Shown: positions 60,401 to 64,000 of the stretch, piece by piece
Layout: every line of letters begins with the position of its first letter
Position numbering within the stretch: the first letter of the stretch is position 1
Source of the DNA: Isurus oxyrinchus
Taxonomy: Eukaryota
Assembly (NCBI GenBank): GCA_026770705.1
Contig: JANJGN010000031.1
Span: 1,488,001-1,552,000 of the forward strand
Direction: 5' to 3'
DNA length: 64,000 nt
Translations under genes and position numbers: made by a program
Notes under the pieces: model-generated
Seen by the model: only the letters and a program-made list of their open reading frames with translations
Told to the model about the DNA's origin: nothing
The model's database searches: none

Positions 60401-62002
60401 CGACCCACAGCCTCCACCACAGGTGGGGCTAGGAAGCAGGCCACGAATTCACCCTATCCAGAATGGGGATCAAACCCCGTCGCTGTTAGCACCAAACTGA
60501 TCCACACTAGCCATCCAGCTACTTCAACATGTATGTTGGAGCCTGGAATCTCCGACATTCCAAAACATTGCTAACCAGGAATATCTCCCGCTCCCACTGC
60601 CTGCCATTTGCGTGTGTTGGAAGGACTTCTACGTTGACACTCAACCTGTTTGGCTGCATTACGAATGTACCTTCCACGGGCATCGAGCCCTATAGTGGGG
60701 GATGAAGATAGAGCTTCTGACTCAGAGGCAGGGTCACTACTCGCTGCGCCACAAGACCGCCTCCTGAGTTTCGATTCCTGTTAAACCAACATGTCAGGCA
60801 CCAGGGTCTGGCAACAGCTTCGATCGCCTCCTGCTGTCCACTTGGAGAAAGAAACCCGGTGCCTGGAAACACTGGACGTTATATTGTTCTCTTTGTCTCT
60901 TTATTTCTTTCTTCATTTGTCAAAGCCTTTCTCTTACTTGCTGTTTCATTATTTTCTGCGTCACTTCTTTCTTCCTGTCTTTAGTTTCATTTATTTCTCT
61001 ATTCTGACTCTTACATTTTTTTAAACCCTGAAACAGGACGATGAGACTGGGCATGGCCTATGACGTGTTTATTACTTTCTCTGCTCCTGTCTACCTATCC
61101 TTCTTATTTTCATTTTTTCATTCGCCCTTTCCTCGGGTTGGCCACTTTATTTTCTATTTTCCATTTTTCAACCTTTTGTAATGAACAGAGTTTGTAAACA
61201 CATTCCTGCTGCAGATCGAAAGCCCATCTATGTGACTCCCGGTCCGCCCTTTATTTACCCGCCAATAAGAACAGCGTAAAAATGCTGAAAGAAGCAAGAA
61301 GCCAGAGTCCATCTCCCCCTCCCCACGGTTCCCATGTCTGTCCCTACTCAGGGGTCAGTTCACTAACTCCACTGATTAATCCCATAAAGGCATTTTACTG
61401 CCCCTCACTGTACCAACCGGACTGTATCACACAGAAACAGACCAGTCAATCCAACAGCCTCGTGCTACTGTTTAAAGAGCGGCTTTAATCCTCTCCTCCC
61501 ATGCAAACTGATTTCAACCCTTCAACACACCCTTCACCATTCATCTGTTTATCCAGCTTCCCCTGAAATCCATCTCTGCTCTTCGCCCCATGGTTCCAGA
61601 ATCTCGCCTCTCTGGGAAAATTAGGTTTCTCCTGAAAGCCCGATGGGATATATTGTATTATTAATCATCTCATATTGATGACCCCTAGTTCTGGTCACGC
61701 CTGCAAGTGAAAATATCTCCTGTCCATCTCCTTGTTGAACCGCCTTCCATCATGTTAAATTCCTCTATCAGGATAGCAGCCATTCTGGTGGAAACAGTTC
61801 CAGTCTCTTCCGTCTTTCCCGATAGTACCAGCCGCTCAGTTGCTTGTAAATTTGTCTGTGCACCTTTTCCACAGCTTCTATGCCTGACATTCAACCCAAC
61901 TGATCTCGTGTTCTTCCCAAAACTGCCTTCACTTTGGTAAAGAGAAACAAGAGGCGGCATCGCCTTGTCTCCTCATTCACAGCTGTTTCCTGCCGCCTTT
62001 GG

Positions 62003-62041
62003 GTGTTTTGTTGAGCTGCTCCATCTCTCTGAGTCACTGTG
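62003..62041 (-). other. 23-RSS of V-E3
   Basis: CACAGTG, 23-nt spacer, ACAAAACAC. Confidence 0.93.
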
Positions 62042-62563
62042 AAGACTCCGGGGGCAGTAATACACGGCCGAGTTATCCGCCCGCAGGCTGGGGGACTCCA
62101 GCATGAACTCGGAGTCTCTTGGTCTCTGGGCGGTGAAACCGTCCACCGGCCCCTCTGGATTTACAATACTGGTGCCTCTGGAGTAAAATAGAAACTGCAG
62201 CTCCTTCCCTGGGTCCTGTCTGTACCAGAACATGTCAGGGTTACTGCTCCCTTCCACAATGCACTCCAGTTCCATTTCATCCCCGGGAAATCCGGAGACA
62301 GCAGCGGGAGTCTGGCGGATAGTCTGTGACTTCACACATGGGAAGGAAAGGAGAGCGGAAGCCGTCAGTAAAGAGGGTAAATTGGGTGTTGGGGAAACAA
62401 AGGAAGGAAAGAGACAAACGTAGAGAAATAGAAAGAAAGACCAGAAGGAGAGAGAGCAAGGGAAGGTCAGAAAGTGGAGCGGAAAGCTGGATGCTGAATA
62501 GGAATTGTTGTCTGGAAAGTTCCTTACAGTGAAACATGATTAACGGAGCCAGCAACAGTACAT
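62042..62563 (-). pseudogene. TRBV: TCR beta V pseudogene E3
   Basis: Frameshifted leader 62563-62528, acceptor CAT, open V exon ending YYCPRS. Confidence 0.88.
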
Positions 62564-62636
62564 CTTCCACCTCAGGTTCCCTTTGAACCAATCTTTATTC
62601 CTGGTAAGAAAACACTGCAAATACAATGCTCCTCCT

Positions 62637-62785
62637 GGCTTGGCCTAAATAGCCAAGTGGTTATGATACTGGGCTTGTAACCCCAAGATCAAGCATTCAA
62701 AATCTCACAATGGCAAAACTATGAAACAATGTAACTTCACCTGAATAGGAACAGATGGAAACGAGTTTGTACTCGAAAGAGTTAT
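62637..62785 (+). mobile_element. Short (149 bp) form of the tRNA-headed insertion in the V-E promoter
   Basis: Same head and TSD; the tail matches the last repeat unit of the unit-1 array. Confidence 0.8.
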
Positions 62786-64000
62786 AATGTTCCTCCTCCT
62801 CCTCGCTCTGATTGGTAGCCCAGCCCCTCCCATTCAGACTGACAGCCCCGCCTTTTCCAATTTCAGCCCCGCCCCTCACTCCCTGCTTGGATTATGTAGA
62901 GCTGCGGGCAACAGGAAGTTGCACATAGGAGGTGCGGGGGGGGCGCTGTTAGTGGACAGGACAAAACTGGAGGGATCACAACTCAGATTCACCAGGACAA
63001 TGCTGGGGTTTAGAGGGGTAAATTAAGAAGACAGGCTGCAGAAACTTTGCTGCATTCTCCTGAATTTAGAATAGTGAGGGGCGCTTTAATTGAACAGCTC
63101 AAACTGGAAAAGCAAAATTGAGGGTGTTTGATAGAAACTTTTCTCTCTGCTGGGAGGACTGCCCAACAAAGTGGAATAACCTTAAAATTAGAGTTCGGAA
63201 TGAGAGGTGAGTTTATTGATGCGTAGAAGGGTCTGAGGTTGGCTTGACAGGGCAGATACTGTTCTTCATGGGGGAATCTAGAACTAGGAGCAGTTTCAAA
63301 AAAAAAGGGTTGCCCGTTTGAAGGAGATGAAGAGGAATCTCTTTGAAAACTGTGAATATTTGGAATTCTCTATACCAGAGAGCAGTGGAGGCTGGGTCAT
63401 TGAATATATTCAAGGCTGAGCTAGAGTTTTGAATTATTACGGAATCGGGGATAATGGATGGGGAAAGGCTGCAGACAAAGTGGATAAAGCTATAATGAGA
63501 TCAGCCATGATCTTATTGAAAGGTGGAGCAGGCTCGTGGATTAACATAATGCATTAATTTTGGCACTAAATTTCTACTCAGTTAAAGGGCTTGTTAGTTC
63601 AGATAAGATTTTCCATTAGGATGAATGTTTTAATATTTTTGTAATTCCAAAACATAAATTCTTTACAAAGAAATGAAAGCAATGTTTTCCTCCTTTTACT
63701 GTCCTTTGGAAAAATTGTTGAGCCCACCACTTACTGAAAGGAAGCAGGGGATGTTTCTGTCTACCGACCAATCAGATGGTGTGATGAGAGTGATTTTCCC
63801 TTTGCCCTCTCACCCATTGCAATGTAGTTAAAATCAAGAACTTTGAAAGAATGAAGACAATCAAACTTTCAGTCCGGCTTTGCTTTTGAATTCAACTACA
63901 AGAAAAAAGCTTGTCTGTCGGGTTACCCCTTCCTACCTCTAGATTCTGATCATTCCCTTCTGTGGTTATTTTTGTTTCTCTGTTGTGCACATTCTGTGCC

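Larger units (their letters stand above)
43936..64000. repeat. Tandem segmental duplication unit 3 (runs off window end)
   Basis: Colinear with unit 2 to the end of the window. Confidence 0.97.

Overview
This is vertebrate DNA, and the repeat families point to a shark or ray. It is part of a germline T-cell receptor beta V-segment cluster. The window is ~2.9 tandem copies of a 21.3-22.6 kb unit (1-21295, 21296-43935, 43936->64000; about 98-99% identical by eye). Each unit carries five minus-strand V genes, called A-E here, closely resembling mammalian TRBV30 (QTI.Q.P...LECTVEG.SNP..WYRQ...FYS.G..Q.SSE...A.RP....F.L.S...CAWS). Each V has a 36-37 nt leader exon (deleted in C1), an intron, a ~296 nt V exon and a 23-bp-spacer RSS. 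B and D are intact (6 genes); A, C and E are pseudogenes (9 genes) that keep perfect RSS heptamers. No D, J or C segments were found. Each unit also holds a degenerate Harbinger/PIF transposon (transposase plus Myb/SANT gene), CR1/L2 LINE fragments, tRNA-derived SINEs and Penelope-type repeats with decayed hammerhead-like motifs. The most striking unexplained feature is a module around all 15 RSSs: a perfect AP-1 site overlapping the heptamer (the arrangement known for mammalian D-beta 23-RSSs), then a CTCF-like core and an ETS:E-box composite right after the nonamer. There are also signs of chimeric V genes, CDR1 patchwork exchange, a deleted sixth V, and a tRNA-headed tandem element in one V promoter. 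All calls were made by eye; no searches were run.
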